This document shows positions 41,079-51,527 of a stretch of 64,000 bases of DNA, one piece after another (within the stretch, counting starts at the first letter, position 1; every line of letters begins with the position of its first letter). The notes below the pieces were generated by a model. That model made no database searches and was not told where the DNA came from. It saw nothing but the letters and a program-made list of their open reading frames with translations. Location of the stretch: the sequence record OR699282.2, one strand, 5' to 3'. The position numbers were made by a program, and so were the translations under genes.

Positions 41079-43808
41079 ATGTCATCAAAACGAATTATAG
41101 GAAGTGCCGAGATCCTTGGGAACTTGGCAATTGGACAAAGGTACGCTATGCGTACTTTTAATGGAACCTCACCGAATGCCAATACTGGAATTGTTCAATA
41201 TCCAATATATAAGCGTTCAGAAGTTCAAAGTATTTTAGATATGTTGCCTATATCACGTGTAGGAGAAATGGATTACTTACCATTAAACGTAAGTGGGTCG
41301 TATGAAGGTGCTACACCTATGTCAAGTGACCAAGTAGTTCAGCCAACAATTATTGAAGATGATGGAACCGCCGTTGTTCTGCGTAGCGGAACCAATGGTA
41401 GTACTAAAGGTTTTTATTATTCATTTATACGAGAAATCAGAAATATAACTATGATTTCACAAGAAAGTGTTATTTCAACCAATTCAATGTATAAACCTTC
41501 AATTATGAGTAGTACTGAAAATATTAAGTATTTTATTGGCTCTAATGGTTATGAGATGCTTGGATGTTTAAGTACTGAAGATAATTATATTTTTACTATA
41601 ACCAATGGCACATTTAACGAAATATCACATATTCATGCTAAAGTGCCAAGTACTTCTTTTGGTAATGATATGCCAATATATACACATATTGTTGGGACAA
41701 AGGTTTATATTTGGTGTAAAGATAAAAGTGTTTCTAATTTAGGATTAGCACTTTCAATTTATACAGTAGAGCTAAGTGATGTGAAAGCAAGCTCAATGGC
41801 ATCATTAACAAAAGTTACTGGGTTATCAGGTCAAACTGTTCGAAACACAAGTTATTCTGCATCTAATAACATAAGAGTGTTCGATAAATTATATAGTGTT
41901 GGTACTAGCTCGGATTCATTATTCGAAGTTACATCACCAGTATCACGTGTAGAATTTTCAGACTATACAGACTTTAACATTCAAGCCAACGTTAGTCCTG
42001 ATTTATCAAAAATACGTGTAACTTTATATCCAACACATCGAATGGTTACACCTTTGTATATTTCAACAGTTTATGGTACTGGAATCAGTTTTGTTTATAA
42101 TATAAACTCAAAATCTATGTCACTAGATGGTAGTGCTCGTGCACCTGCAACTGTTTCATATAATAATGGATTTCAAGTTTCTAACCCATTTGAAATTAAT
42201 ATGGTCAACTTCACAGGGACAACTGCTGCTGGTGTATTAGGAAACGCAGGTGGTTTATGTCAAACTAAAGATGGTTTGGTATTTGCATCTAAATTTAGAT
42301 GGAGTTCAACTGAATTTTATGGTCTACAACGATATAAGGTTAGTGGTACACCGTTTGATTCATGGGTTGCCAGTACTAGAACCGCAAGTAACGTTATAAA
42401 TGCAAACGTTTTACCAGTTTTTGGTAGTGCTGTTGGTGCAAACCTTTTAGGTGTACGTTTCATCGATAATAGAAAAATATTATTAGCATGTTCTGGTACG
42501 TATGATGATGTAACATATAATTATAATAATACTGTTTTTTCTGAAATAGGTTCACAACCAACATATCAATATAACTCAGTTCAAAATAATACTACATTAA
42601 ATGGTTTTGCACCACAATCTAATCGTAAACAAATAGGCGATGATTTTACATACACTGCTATGATTTCTCTTGTTGATACCGATGGTAGTGTTAGATGCTA
42701 TGGAACATCATTCATTGAAGGTGTATATAAAACAAGTGGTGGATTATTAAATCCAGATACTTTAGAATTTGATGAAACATATACAATAGAACCAACGGTA
42801 TTAGAATCATTAAAACAAGATATTTTTGCTAATATAGGAAACTCTGGCATTGTTGGTACACTATCTGGACAAATTGTATTATATTATGTACCTGATAATA
42901 CTTTTTCTAAATCCATCGCAGTAGTTTCAGCATATAATCTTAACAATAACCAAGGTTATGCAATCTATGCCGAAGTTGATGTTGTATTATCTGGAACTAA
43001 CATAACTTCAGCTACATTGGTGAGTACTAGATATGAAACACTGAGTTCTGTTACAGGAATTATTACTGAAGCATATATGAAACGTTGTACTGGTCTAACA
43101 GTTGCAAAATATTCAGGATTTGGTTACATTGGTGTTGATGCCGTTCATCAATTTTCACAACCAGGTAATGCACAATTTAAGATGATGATAGCTAAAACAG
43201 TAGATGGTGTCATAACATCAAATCGTTTTTTATCATCTAGTTACATCCAACTTGGTGCAGCATATCAACATGGTGTTATTCCTGGTGTTGGTTTTGGATA
43301 TTACAATTTTCAAGATTCTGACTATCAAACCAAATCTGTATTCAGCGTTTTTGGTACAACATCTGCTGAAATGGATGGTTTAATTAGTGGAAATGGTAGC
43401 GTTAAAGAAAAGATTGTGGTAGTATCACAAGACGTTGCACAAGGATTCTCAGTGTACTTTACACGTGAAGTTCCGGTGTTTTTAGGTGGAATTTTCGACA
43501 GACTACCTATACAAAGTGTTGATTTAAGTACTGTAAAAAGTAACCCAGCTAATACTACGTTCTATTTGTATATACAAATGAACAGGAATACTAAGAAAGC
43601 GTCATATGTTATTAGTACTGAAACAATTGATGAATCTTTAACTAGCACTTACATTGGTAAGATAGTTACTGGAACTTCAGGAATAACTTCAATTGATACA
43701 GAAAAAGTAACTCGTTTTTTGACATATCGTCCAAGTACAACGAAACGTGGTTCAGCGATACCTGCCAGTACTGGTGTACCATCAGGTCCAGGTACACGTT
43801 GGAAATAA
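41079..43808 (+). CDS. large virion fibre/appendage-like protein (909 aa)
   Basis: EDDGTAVVLRSGTNGS, SQDVAQGF and KSNPANTTFY motifs shared with 37767. Confidence 0.7.
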   Translation: MSSKRIIGSAEILGNLAIGQRYAMRTFNGTSPNANTGIVQYPIYKRSEVQSILDMLPISRVGEMDYLPLNVSGSYEGATPMSSDQVVQPTIIEDDGTAVVLRSGTNGSTKGFYYSFIREIRNITMISQESVISTNSMYKPSIMSSTENIKYFIGSNGYEMLGCLSTEDNYIFTITNGTFNEISHIHAKVPSTSFGNDMPIYTHIVGTKVYIWCKDKSVSNLGLALSIYTVELSDVKASSMASLTKVTGLSGQTVRNTSYSASNNIRVFDKLYSVGTSSDSLFEVTSPVSRVEFSDYTDFNIQANVSPDLSKIRVTLYPTHRMVTPLYISTVYGTGISFVYNINSKSMSLDGSARAPATVSYNNGFQVSNPFEINMVNFTGTTAAGVLGNAGGLCQTKDGLVFASKFRWSSTEFYGLQRYKVSGTPFDSWVASTRTASNVINANVLPVFGSAVGANLLGVRFIDNRKILLACSGTYDDVTYNYNNTVFSEIGSQPTYQYNSVQNNTTLNGFAPQSNRKQIGDDFTYTAMISLVDTDGSVRCYGTSFIEGVYKTSGGLLNPDTLEFDETYTIEPTVLESLKQDIFANIGNSGIVGTLSGQIVLYYVPDNTFSKSIAVVSAYNLNNNQGYAIYAEVDVVLSGTNITSATLVSTRYETLSSVTGIITEAYMKRCTGLTVAKYSGFGYIGVDAVHQFSQPGNAQFKMMIAKTVDGVITSNRFLSSSYIQLGAAYQHGVIPGVGFGYYNFQDSDYQTKSVFSVFGTTSAEMDGLISGNGSVKEKIVVVSQDVAQGFSVYFTREVPVFLGGIFDRLPIQSVDLSTVKSNPANTTFYLYIQMNRNTKKASYVISTETIDESLTSTYIGKIVTGTSGITSIDTEKVTRFLTYRPSTTKRGSAIPASTGVPSGPGTRWK

Positions 43809-43812
43809 ATTT

Positions 43813-43853
43813 AAAGCTCGTCTATTGACGGGCTTTTCTTTTATGTGTATAAT
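43813..43853 (+). promoter_or_regulatory. terminator overlapping a sigma70 promoter
   Basis: AAGCTCGTC-TATT-GACGGGCTT plus T-rich tail; TTGACG(43825)-N17-TATAAT(43848). Confidence 0.75.
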
Positions 43854-43875
43854 TGAATAAAAATAGGAGGAAATT

Positions 43876-45476
43876 ATGGTCAAAACTTTATTACCACCAC
43901 CAAAACGTCACAAAATCAAAGAAATGAAAGAACAACGTACATTAAAGATGTACAACAATTTAGTTAAGTTACTGTGTAAAAGTCCATCGCTCAAAGCAGA
44001 GTTTAAAACTGATGATGACCGTAAAGCACTAATTGAGATGAAATATATGCTCAGTAAAATGTCCTTTTACAAATTTGTAAAAGAATACGCATCTGACCCA
44101 TTTAGTCCTCGTTGGAGAGCCAAACCAAGAGAGTATTTTTACGGTGGTTCATATACAGATCGCATTCAAGACACAGTGATGGGAGTTGAATTTGAAATCG
44201 ATTATGAGCCGAATGGTGAGGAAATCTTGCAGATTGAGAAACGTTTACCAAGTGAAGAAGAAATTTATGTTTATGCAAGAAAACTTTCAACTTACAGTTC
44301 AAGAATTACTCTAGGCAATTTAGATTCATTAATTATTTTCTATACACGTGTTGGTGTAGATAAGATGGTAACTAAACTCAATGAACTTTCATTACAACAA
44401 AAACAGATTAATGCATACAAAGACATTACTGATTTATACTAATGAGGAATGGATATGTTTTTTGGATCAGTTGGAAAACAAAACAGTACTTTAATTTGGC
44501 ATGAAATTATCTTTAAAATTATATCTAAAAGCTACTCACTAAAGGATATTATCACCACAGATAATGATAGACGTATCCTGTTAGATGCAAAATATAAATT
44601 GAGCAAACACCCTTTACTTTCTTTAATCATTGATTACGTTAATGATTATGAATCTAGTCGTTGGAAGTGGGAAGACGGCGGTTTATTTCGTGGAAAAACA
44701 TTCTACGGTGCGGAACGATATGTTTTCAGTGATGCATCAAATGGCGTTAAGTTTGTTATTAGAAACTTTAACTCCAAAGAAAATGATTATCTTGAAAGTG
44801 GAGTGAAAGTATATATCGATAATAATAGCAATGTCCTAACATATGACGAATCACTAATTATGTTACAAATAATGCGTGGTGTTGAAGGTGTAAGAAACAA
44901 CCTTACTAAATTGAAAATCCAGCAAAATGATATACATAATAGACAGAAAATTAAGGGTTTATATAAATGATTTCATTTTTCAAAAAGAAACAAAAAGTTG
45001 ATGAAACAGGATTAGAATCGTTTCTATGGACTCTTATCATCAAAAAAAGTCCATTGATAAAAGAATATGCTATCAATGATGCTAATAGAAAAACTATCAT
45101 TGAATACAAATACGAATTATCAAAATGTGATCCAATCGTTTATCACTTTGCGAAGTACTGTTCAAAAAATTTATCGGATATCACAATAGACCATGAGTCA
45201 GTTCCAATGAGCTTTCCTTATGGTGATTGGGTAGATACTTTTGATATTTTTGATGGGTCCAATGGATTCAGTTTCTTTTACTCGTCAAATAAAGCAAATG
45301 TTCGTATTAAAACAGAGATAGGTTGGGCACAGCATAGCTCAAATAAAGAAGATTATAATTTACTAGCTGACGTATACCGAAGTGTGAAGAATTCAAAGGA
45401 TATTGATGAAAGAATTAAAAAGCAAAATCGTATTTCTTTATCACTTGAAACATACAAGTCAAAGTATGGTGGTTAA
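43876..45476 (+). other. three tandem paralogous CDS (43876, 44449, 44967)
   Basis: Shared KSxxxK...DxxR(K/R)x(L/I)xxxKYxLSK motif. Confidence 0.75.
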
Positions 45477-45478
45477 CG

Positions 45479-45880
45479 ATGACTACAGTTGATGATATCT
45501 ACAGCACTATACGCAATATGAGTACAGATAGAAAAGTATTTGGTGATAAAGAAAAATCTAAGTGTTATGGTATTGATTCTTTTGATATAATTTCTTATGA
45601 GTACAACACGAGTGGAAATAGTTCACTGAATATCGTCTGCCCTCGTGACCCAGAAAATAATTTTATGTATGTTGAAATTAATAATGATGGAATATTTTTT
45701 ACAAAAGTTTTTAAAGGTGGAATTAATTACGAACCAATTGAATGTATGAATGAAGAAACTTTCTTTCAAGAAGATACAATTATCAATTTAGGTTTTAGTT
45801 TTGATGATTATAAAACATTAGAACATGACTTTAATCGTTATTATAACGGTTTCTTAAAGGAGTTAACAATTTATCTATGA
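45479..45880 (+). CDS. hypothetical protein, EExFFQ family
   Basis: MNEETFFQEDTIINL. Confidence 0.65.
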   Translation: MTTVDDIYSTIRNMSTDRKVFGDKEKSKCYGIDSFDIISYEYNTSGNSSLNIVCPRDPENNFMYVEINNDGIFFTKVFKGGINYEPIECMNEETFFQEDTIINLGFSFDDYKTLEHDFNRYYNGFLKELTIYL

Positions 45881-47109
45881 ATAACCAATATGTTGAACAA
45901 ACAATAGTGAAACACTTGGCTGGGTCACAAGCCTACGGAACCAGTACACCTGAAAGTGATACTGATTATCGTGGTATTTTTCTTGCTAATAAAGAATTTA
46001 TTCTTACGCCATTCTATAAGGTCAAAGAAGTAGCTGATAAAAATGAAGAAGATACTAAATTCTATGAGTTAAATCAGTATTTAAAATTATACACTGAAGC
46101 CAACCCTAATATATTGGAATCACTATGGGTCGATCCAGAACACATTGTAGAAAGTACTGAGATTTATGACTATCTTCGTTCATTTAACCAAAAACTTCTT
46201 AGTTCCAAGATTGCATTTTCATACACTGGATATGCATATAATCAGATTAAGCGTATGACAAATCATCACGGTTGGATGGATAAAGAGCGTATTGCTGAAA
46301 AACGATTAAATGAGATTTTAGAAGAACACCCTGTCGATGAGGTTCTTGCGTGGATGTATGATTCATTCCCACAGTATCTTGTTGAACGTTTAGATACATC
46401 CAACTTACATCCATTTAATGCTAAAAAGATTGATTTTGAAAAATATATGCGTGATACGTCATTGCAGTTAGTTTCGAAAAATCCATTAAAGCAATATCAT
46501 TTTGTAAGATTAGTGCATAACTACACTACTGAAAAAATTCTTGATCGTGATTTCAATTTATTGAATTTTAATAATGGTTATGAACTAATTCATTACGGAG
46601 AAAACATTTTTGCGATTATTAAAAATCCGAATGAAAGCACTATCAACGGTGATGGATCATTGCGTTATTTTTCTAAAGAGCGTAGTACTGAAGAGTTGAA
46701 AACCAAACCAGAACTAATTGTCAAATTTAACGAAAAAGAATATCAGGAAAATAGTGAGAATAGGAAAAGTTATCATAAATGGAAAGAAAATCGTAATGCC
46801 AAACGTGCTATTTTAGAATCACAACACGGATACGATTGTAAACATGCTATGCACACAATCCGACTTTTGAATAGTGCAGAAGAAGCATTACAAAGTGGAA
46901 TTATTCAAGTTAAACGACCAGATGCACAAATGTTGATGGATATTCGTAATGGTAAATGGAAGTATGAAGAAGTATTAGAATATTTCGATGATAAAGTACA
47001 ATACATTCGTGATGTTCTATATAAGAAATCAGTACTTCCTAAAAAACCAAACATCAAGTTAGCATCAAAAATTATCATTGATATTAGAGAAATGCAATGG
47101 TATAAGTAA
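45877..47109 (+). CDS. Pol-beta-superfamily nucleotidyltransferase (RlaP/YcgL-like)
   Basis: AGSQAYGTSTPESDTDYRGIF, NPNILE and YDCKHAMHTIRLL. Confidence 0.85.
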   Translation: MNNQYVEQTIVKHLAGSQAYGTSTPESDTDYRGIFLANKEFILTPFYKVKEVADKNEEDTKFYELNQYLKLYTEANPNILESLWVDPEHIVESTEIYDYLRSFNQKLLSSKIAFSYTGYAYNQIKRMTNHHGWMDKERIAEKRLNEILEEHPVDEVLAWMYDSFPQYLVERLDTSNLHPFNAKKIDFEKYMRDTSLQLVSKNPLKQYHFVRLVHNYTTEKILDRDFNLLNFNNGYELIHYGENIFAIIKNPNESTINGDGSLRYFSKERSTEELKTKPELIVKFNEKEYQENSENRKSYHKWKENRNAKRAILESQHGYDCKHAMHTIRLLNSAEEALQSGIIQVKRPDAQMLMDIRNGKWKYEEVLEYFDDKVQYIRDVLYKKSVLPKKPNIKLASKIIIDIREMQWYK

Positions 47110-47186
47110 CATATACAAGTGTAATGGTACTAAAAATGCCATTACACTCAATAAATACTCAATATAAATTAACACAAGGATTAAGT

Positions 47187-47814
47187 ATGGCACAACAAAT
47201 TTTCACAGATATCCACACTACCGGAGTTATTAAATTTCAAAATAATTTTTCAGGTGCAACTGGTGTAGACATTAAAAATGATGGTTTTAACATTGTCAGT
47301 ACTCGGATCTATTGATGGTGAAGATAGTTCTCTTAGTGATTCTGTGATTGCATCATTCGGAACTAATAAAAACAGTTCTTTTATTATATCTGGATGGACT
47401 GGAATGACTGATTCTGAAAATAATGTTAAGATAAAAGCTAAAGCTACTAACGAGAATCATGAAACAGAATGGGTAACATTATATGATAGTGCAAGTAATA
47501 AGTTATATAATGTATTAAGTTCTAATAATATTTTAATTAATCCACTGTCGGGTAATGCTGTTTTTAATATTAATTTATCTGATAGAAATACTACTATTTC
47601 GATTGGTGCGGCTCCTACTGAAGTTTATTCAATTACCATCCTATTAACACAACAAACAGGTTCAAACCTAGTTAATTGGGGTTCTAATGTTAAATGGTCA
47701 TATAACAGACCAGTTGTTCTTTCTTATGAAATTGGTGAAAAAGATATTATTTCATTAGAAACATATGATAAAGGAGTTACATGGTACGGTGCATTAATTA
47801 GAGCAGGAGTATGA
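47187..47814 (+). pseudogene. tail-associated protein split by an apparent +1 frameshift (47187-47315 / 47278-47814)
   Basis: First ORF has an AAGGA RBS and a fibre-like N-terminus; the second lacks an RBS and ends in a phage tail-type W..NVKW...P.LS...D...G.TWYG domain. Confidence 0.55.
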
Positions 47815-47815
47815 T

Positions 47816-50605
47816 ATGTTAAACAATAATATTGATAATATTGTACAACTTCTTTATGGGCATCACAAATTTATTGAAAGAAATACTGGTGATACAATAG
47901 ACCCAACAGTACAACATTATGTGGTGAATAATCAGGGTGTTTTGGCGAACAACCGTCATTTTATTAACTATTCTGCAATGGAAGGTCAACCAAACGGTGA
48001 CGGGACAACAGAAGGTCAAAGTCTATTAATTTTAGGATACATTTATGCGTATCTGGCAACAAATGATCCAATGTTTTTAGATAAAGCCAAATGGTACTGG
48101 GATGCATATCATCAGTACTTTTATGCTGGACGTGAATTACCAGATCCACCTACACCACTACAATGTAACTGGATAGTTAATGCCAAAGAACCTATATTGG
48201 CTAACTGGCCTTTAGCTGATGATGGATGGCCTACACATGGTGGTTTCAAGGGTGTAGAATTTACATTTACAAATGGACAATGTAAAATACCACATGGTGC
48301 ACCTTATTATGGTCAGTTCTTGGATAAAGTAACATTTGCATTCAAAGGTGCTTTAGCATGGAACCAAATAAATGCGTCAGTAAAAGCATTATTACCAGAT
48401 GGTAGTGTTGATTGGGATACACCAGGTGAACAATATGATGTTGACTGGATTATCGATTTCATGGGTAGAAAAATCGACTGGGATGGTAATATTTTAGCAG
48501 AAGGTTTTGACGAATCTGAAAAAGGAACTGTTCAATTAAAGAATACAACAATTAATGGTGTATATAAATTAAATTTTGCAAATCGTCAACCAGTAGAATA
48601 TGGTGGTGTGATAATTCAACGAAATGAAATGCAACACAACCGCCCACTTCATGTTCCAATTGATTTGGAATTTGCGGATAACGCATCAGATGCAGAATTG
48701 TGGTTTAGTGATGCTTCTTATTTGTTATATAAAATAACAAAAGAAAGAAAACATTATTTGGGTTGGAAATGTTCACTACTAACGTGTTATGCTTATGGTG
48801 ATATTGACTCCAGAGATAAATTTTTCAGACAAAGTACAATTGTAACCACACCATTCACTGATGGTATTTCCTATGAATATTTTTATCCAAGTGATGCTAT
48901 TGCTAAGTTTGGTAGAAATTCTCTAGGATATATTACTATCAGGCAAGACCAAAGTGCACAAAGTACAATGGAACAACAAGCTATTTGGTTCAGGGTCAAT
49001 GCTGATTCTAAATTACTTGTAGACTATGGTGGTGTATGTGATGATGGTAAGCCGTTATCATTTAAACCAGTACTGGAATTGTCAAAAACAAAAAATGACC
49101 ATGATGTTGTTCGTTATCGTTGTGGCTTACCGGAAAGTAAAGACCAAAATATCACACATTCATTAACACCTTTAAGTGCATTTGTTAGAGAAAAGAAAGC
49201 AGATGGTTCCCCTTATATAATTGCTGATAGTAGAATTGTTGTTCCTTATGGTGCAGCTACGTCCGAAATGATATATAGTACTGATATATTAGTTACACGC
49301 CGCGATACCATTAATCAGTTAGTTTGTGGTGAAGATGATGGTGCTGTTATTGGATTTTGGCTATTAGCAACAAATAAGTCTGAAGTTAAATCTTTTACCT
49401 ATCGTTCATATGAAGATGATTACAATATAAGAATTGTAGATGATAATGGTTGGAGATGGTGGTGGATGATTCCTGCAACACACGGGGAATGGACTACAAT
49501 CACACTAAGTCCCGATACATTACGTTTATCTGGGTATCAGCCAAATCATCCAAGTTCTGACCCAAGACCAGATGCACCAGTTTATAGTGAACTAGAAGAT
49601 ATTACTATTTTACCTGATACAACCCCAGTAGATGGTGTTACTGCAATAATTGATTGGTATTGTATTAATGACATTCCAGAATTATACACGGATGCTGACG
49701 GTGATGACTATACTATGACATTTTCAATAACAATTGCAGGTGAATCACCATATACTGCACAGTTAGGGGATTGTGTAATCAAAGATTATTTGTTAAACTC
49801 ATTGCATTACACACCAGGAACAATACCATTTTCTAACATCACTGACCCGTATGCGAACCAGTATTCAGGATGGCGTGGTTTACCGTATCCAGGTTATCAA
49901 TATCCTGTGATATATTGTTTTAAAGACCAGCCAGTAGATAACACACGCTTAGGAAACATGTTAAGCTTTATGAAAGATTCCCAAACATGGTTTACTCAAC
50001 AATTCGGTACTGTTGGTCCGTGTGCACAAGCATATGTTTGGAACCGCTGGGATAACTTAAAATATGGTGAACCAGATACATTTACTATGCTACATTGGGG
50101 TGATCAAGCATGGAGTGGGTATGAACCACGTGCGTTCTTTGGGGCTGCCAGAGCATGGCAAGAACTCGCAGAGAGAGGAATTGAACCACCAGCAGATCTT
50201 GTTGAATTTTGTGAGAATTGGATTCACTTTTTAATTCAATTTCAAAAAGATAATGATGGTCGTTCACCAACAATCTTCAATAAAGATGGCACAGTTGAAG
50301 GTCCAGATTGGGACTTTACAGGTCATATGTGTGGGTTGTGGTTAGCTGGGGCTTGTGCTGCTGGATTGGCTGGATGTAAAATAGAAGGTCTAACAACACT
50401 CGCTGATAACTTAGTTCTCGAACTTCAAAAGAATTATGTTATTGTAAATCCAGGTTCACCAATGAATGGTTCATGGAGTCCAGCAGTTAGAGAAGGTACT
50501 GATAATGGTATGTTTTTTGGTTTCTGGGCAGGTGAGATTATGCGTGGATTGGGATTATACTCAATGTACCGCTTAAACACACCAAATCGTTTCCGTGATT
50601 TATAA
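47816..50605 (+). CDS. GH8-like (alpha/alpha)6 glycoside hydrolase with inserted beta-sandwich domains, probably virion-associated
   Basis: TTEGQS and NASDAELW parallel the GH8 catalytic segments (BcsZ TSEGQS, SASDGDVW); CBM-like W-rich insert. Confidence 0.7.
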   Translation: MLNNNIDNIVQLLYGHHKFIERNTGDTIDPTVQHYVVNNQGVLANNRHFINYSAMEGQPNGDGTTEGQSLLILGYIYAYLATNDPMFLDKAKWYWDAYHQYFYAGRELPDPPTPLQCNWIVNAKEPILANWPLADDGWPTHGGFKGVEFTFTNGQCKIPHGAPYYGQFLDKVTFAFKGALAWNQINASVKALLPDGSVDWDTPGEQYDVDWIIDFMGRKIDWDGNILAEGFDESEKGTVQLKNTTINGVYKLNFANRQPVEYGGVIIQRNEMQHNRPLHVPIDLEFADNASDAELWFSDASYLLYKITKERKHYLGWKCSLLTCYAYGDIDSRDKFFRQSTIVTTPFTDGISYEYFYPSDAIAKFGRNSLGYITIRQDQSAQSTMEQQAIWFRVNADSKLLVDYGGVCDDGKPLSFKPVLELSKTKNDHDVVRYRCGLPESKDQNITHSLTPLSAFVREKKADGSPYIIADSRIVVPYGAATSEMIYSTDILVTRRDTINQLVCGEDDGAVIGFWLLATNKSEVKSFTYRSYEDDYNIRIVDDNGWRWWWMIPATHGEWTTITLSPDTLRLSGYQPNHPSSDPRPDAPVYSELEDITILPDTTPVDGVTAIIDWYCINDIPELYTDADGDDYTMTFSITIAGESPYTAQLGDCVIKDYLLNSLHYTPGTIPFSNITDPYANQYSGWRGLPYPGYQYPVIYCFKDQPVDNTRLGNMLSFMKDSQTWFTQQFGTVGPCAQAYVWNRWDNLKYGEPDTFTMLHWGDQAWSGYEPRAFFGAARAWQELAERGIEPPADLVEFCENWIHFLIQFQKDNDGRSPTIFNKDGTVEGPDWDFTGHMCGLWLAGACAAGLAGCKIEGLTTLADNLVLELQKNYVIVNPGSPMNGSWSPAVREGTDNGMFFGFWAGEIMRGLGLYSMYRLNTPNRFRDL

Positions 50606-50606
50606 C

Positions 50607-50667
50607 TTGACATAGAAAAAGTAATTATGTATAATCAGAGAACTTCATATGGAGTTCTCTTTTTTTA
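50607..50667 (+). promoter_or_regulatory. consensus sigma70 promoter overlapping an upstream terminator
   Basis: TTGACA(50607)-N17-TATAAT(50630); hairpin AGAGAACT...AGTTCTCT plus T run. Confidence 0.85.
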
Positions 50668-50679
50668 TAAGGTGATAAA

Positions 50680-51099
50680 ATGTTAAATGAACGTATTAAA
50701 AATGCACTACATGTATTGAACCAAGAAGTAAATTCTATTGATAAAAGTACTGACCGTTATAAAGTAATGCATGAAATCAAACAAGAATTGGAATCTATTA
50801 ATAAGGGAGAATGGTGGTATCTTCAGCCCGAATATCAAACTCGTGAATTAAACGATGTTGAAAAAGAAATTGTCAAATTCATCACTACTCGTTACTGTGA
50901 TACATCAGAGAATGATGTATCAGCGAACTTCAATCTTACTAAATTGGAAGTCGAAGAAAAATTCAATTTTGATTGGCTTGATTGGCTTGAAATGGTCATG
51001 GAACTAGAAGAAAAATTCAATGTTGAAGTTGATGAAAAGTTCGAGAATAATGAAACTAAGCTGTATGAACTAGCAGAACATATTCAAAAAATGCTGTAA
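50680..51099 (+). CDS. acyl carrier protein-like protein with Trp at the phosphopantetheine Ser position
   Basis: DWLDWLEMVMELEEKFNVEVDE versus ACP [23 protein letters not shown]. Confidence 0.8.
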   Translation: MLNERIKNALHVLNQEVNSIDKSTDRYKVMHEIKQELESINKGEWWYLQPEYQTRELNDVEKEIVKFITTRYCDTSENDVSANFNLTKLEVEEKFNFDWLDWLEMVMELEEKFNVEVDEKFENNETKLYELAEHIQKML

Positions 51100-51152
51100 A
51101 CCTATACAATTGTATACTCTAAATAATATCATCAACTATAGGAGATATTATT

Positions 51153-51527
51153 ATGAGTATGTTAGAAATAATTGTTTCAAAAATTCTGATTCCATTTTGG
51201 AAACCAATTTCTTTTGTATTATTGATTGGCGGTTCAGCTTATGCTGGTTGGGAAGCTAATACTTATTACAGTGGCTATCAACAAAGCATAGAGCAACAAA
51301 TAGCTAAAAAAGTTGATACCGCCTTGGATAAAATGCAACAAGAAAATGCAAAAAATTACCTTGAAACGAAAAAAATCATGGAAGATAATGCTAAAGTTAT
51401 TGAAACAAAGGTTCCTTTTATTGTAGAACGTGAAGTTTATAAGAATGTATGTTTAGATGAAGATGGTGTAAAAGTACTGAATGAACTAAAACAAAATTCT
51501 CAAGCTGCGAGGAATAAATTCAAATGA
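51153..51527 (+). CDS. Rz: i-spanin (Rz-like)
   Basis: N-terminal TM, coiled coil, and C-terminal VY.NVCLDEDG. Confidence 0.75.
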   Translation: MSMLEIIVSKILIPFWKPISFVLLIGGSAYAGWEANTYYSGYQQSIEQQIAKKVDTALDKMQQENAKNYLETKKIMEDNAKVIETKVPFIVEREVYKNVCLDEDGVKVLNELKQNSQAARNKFK

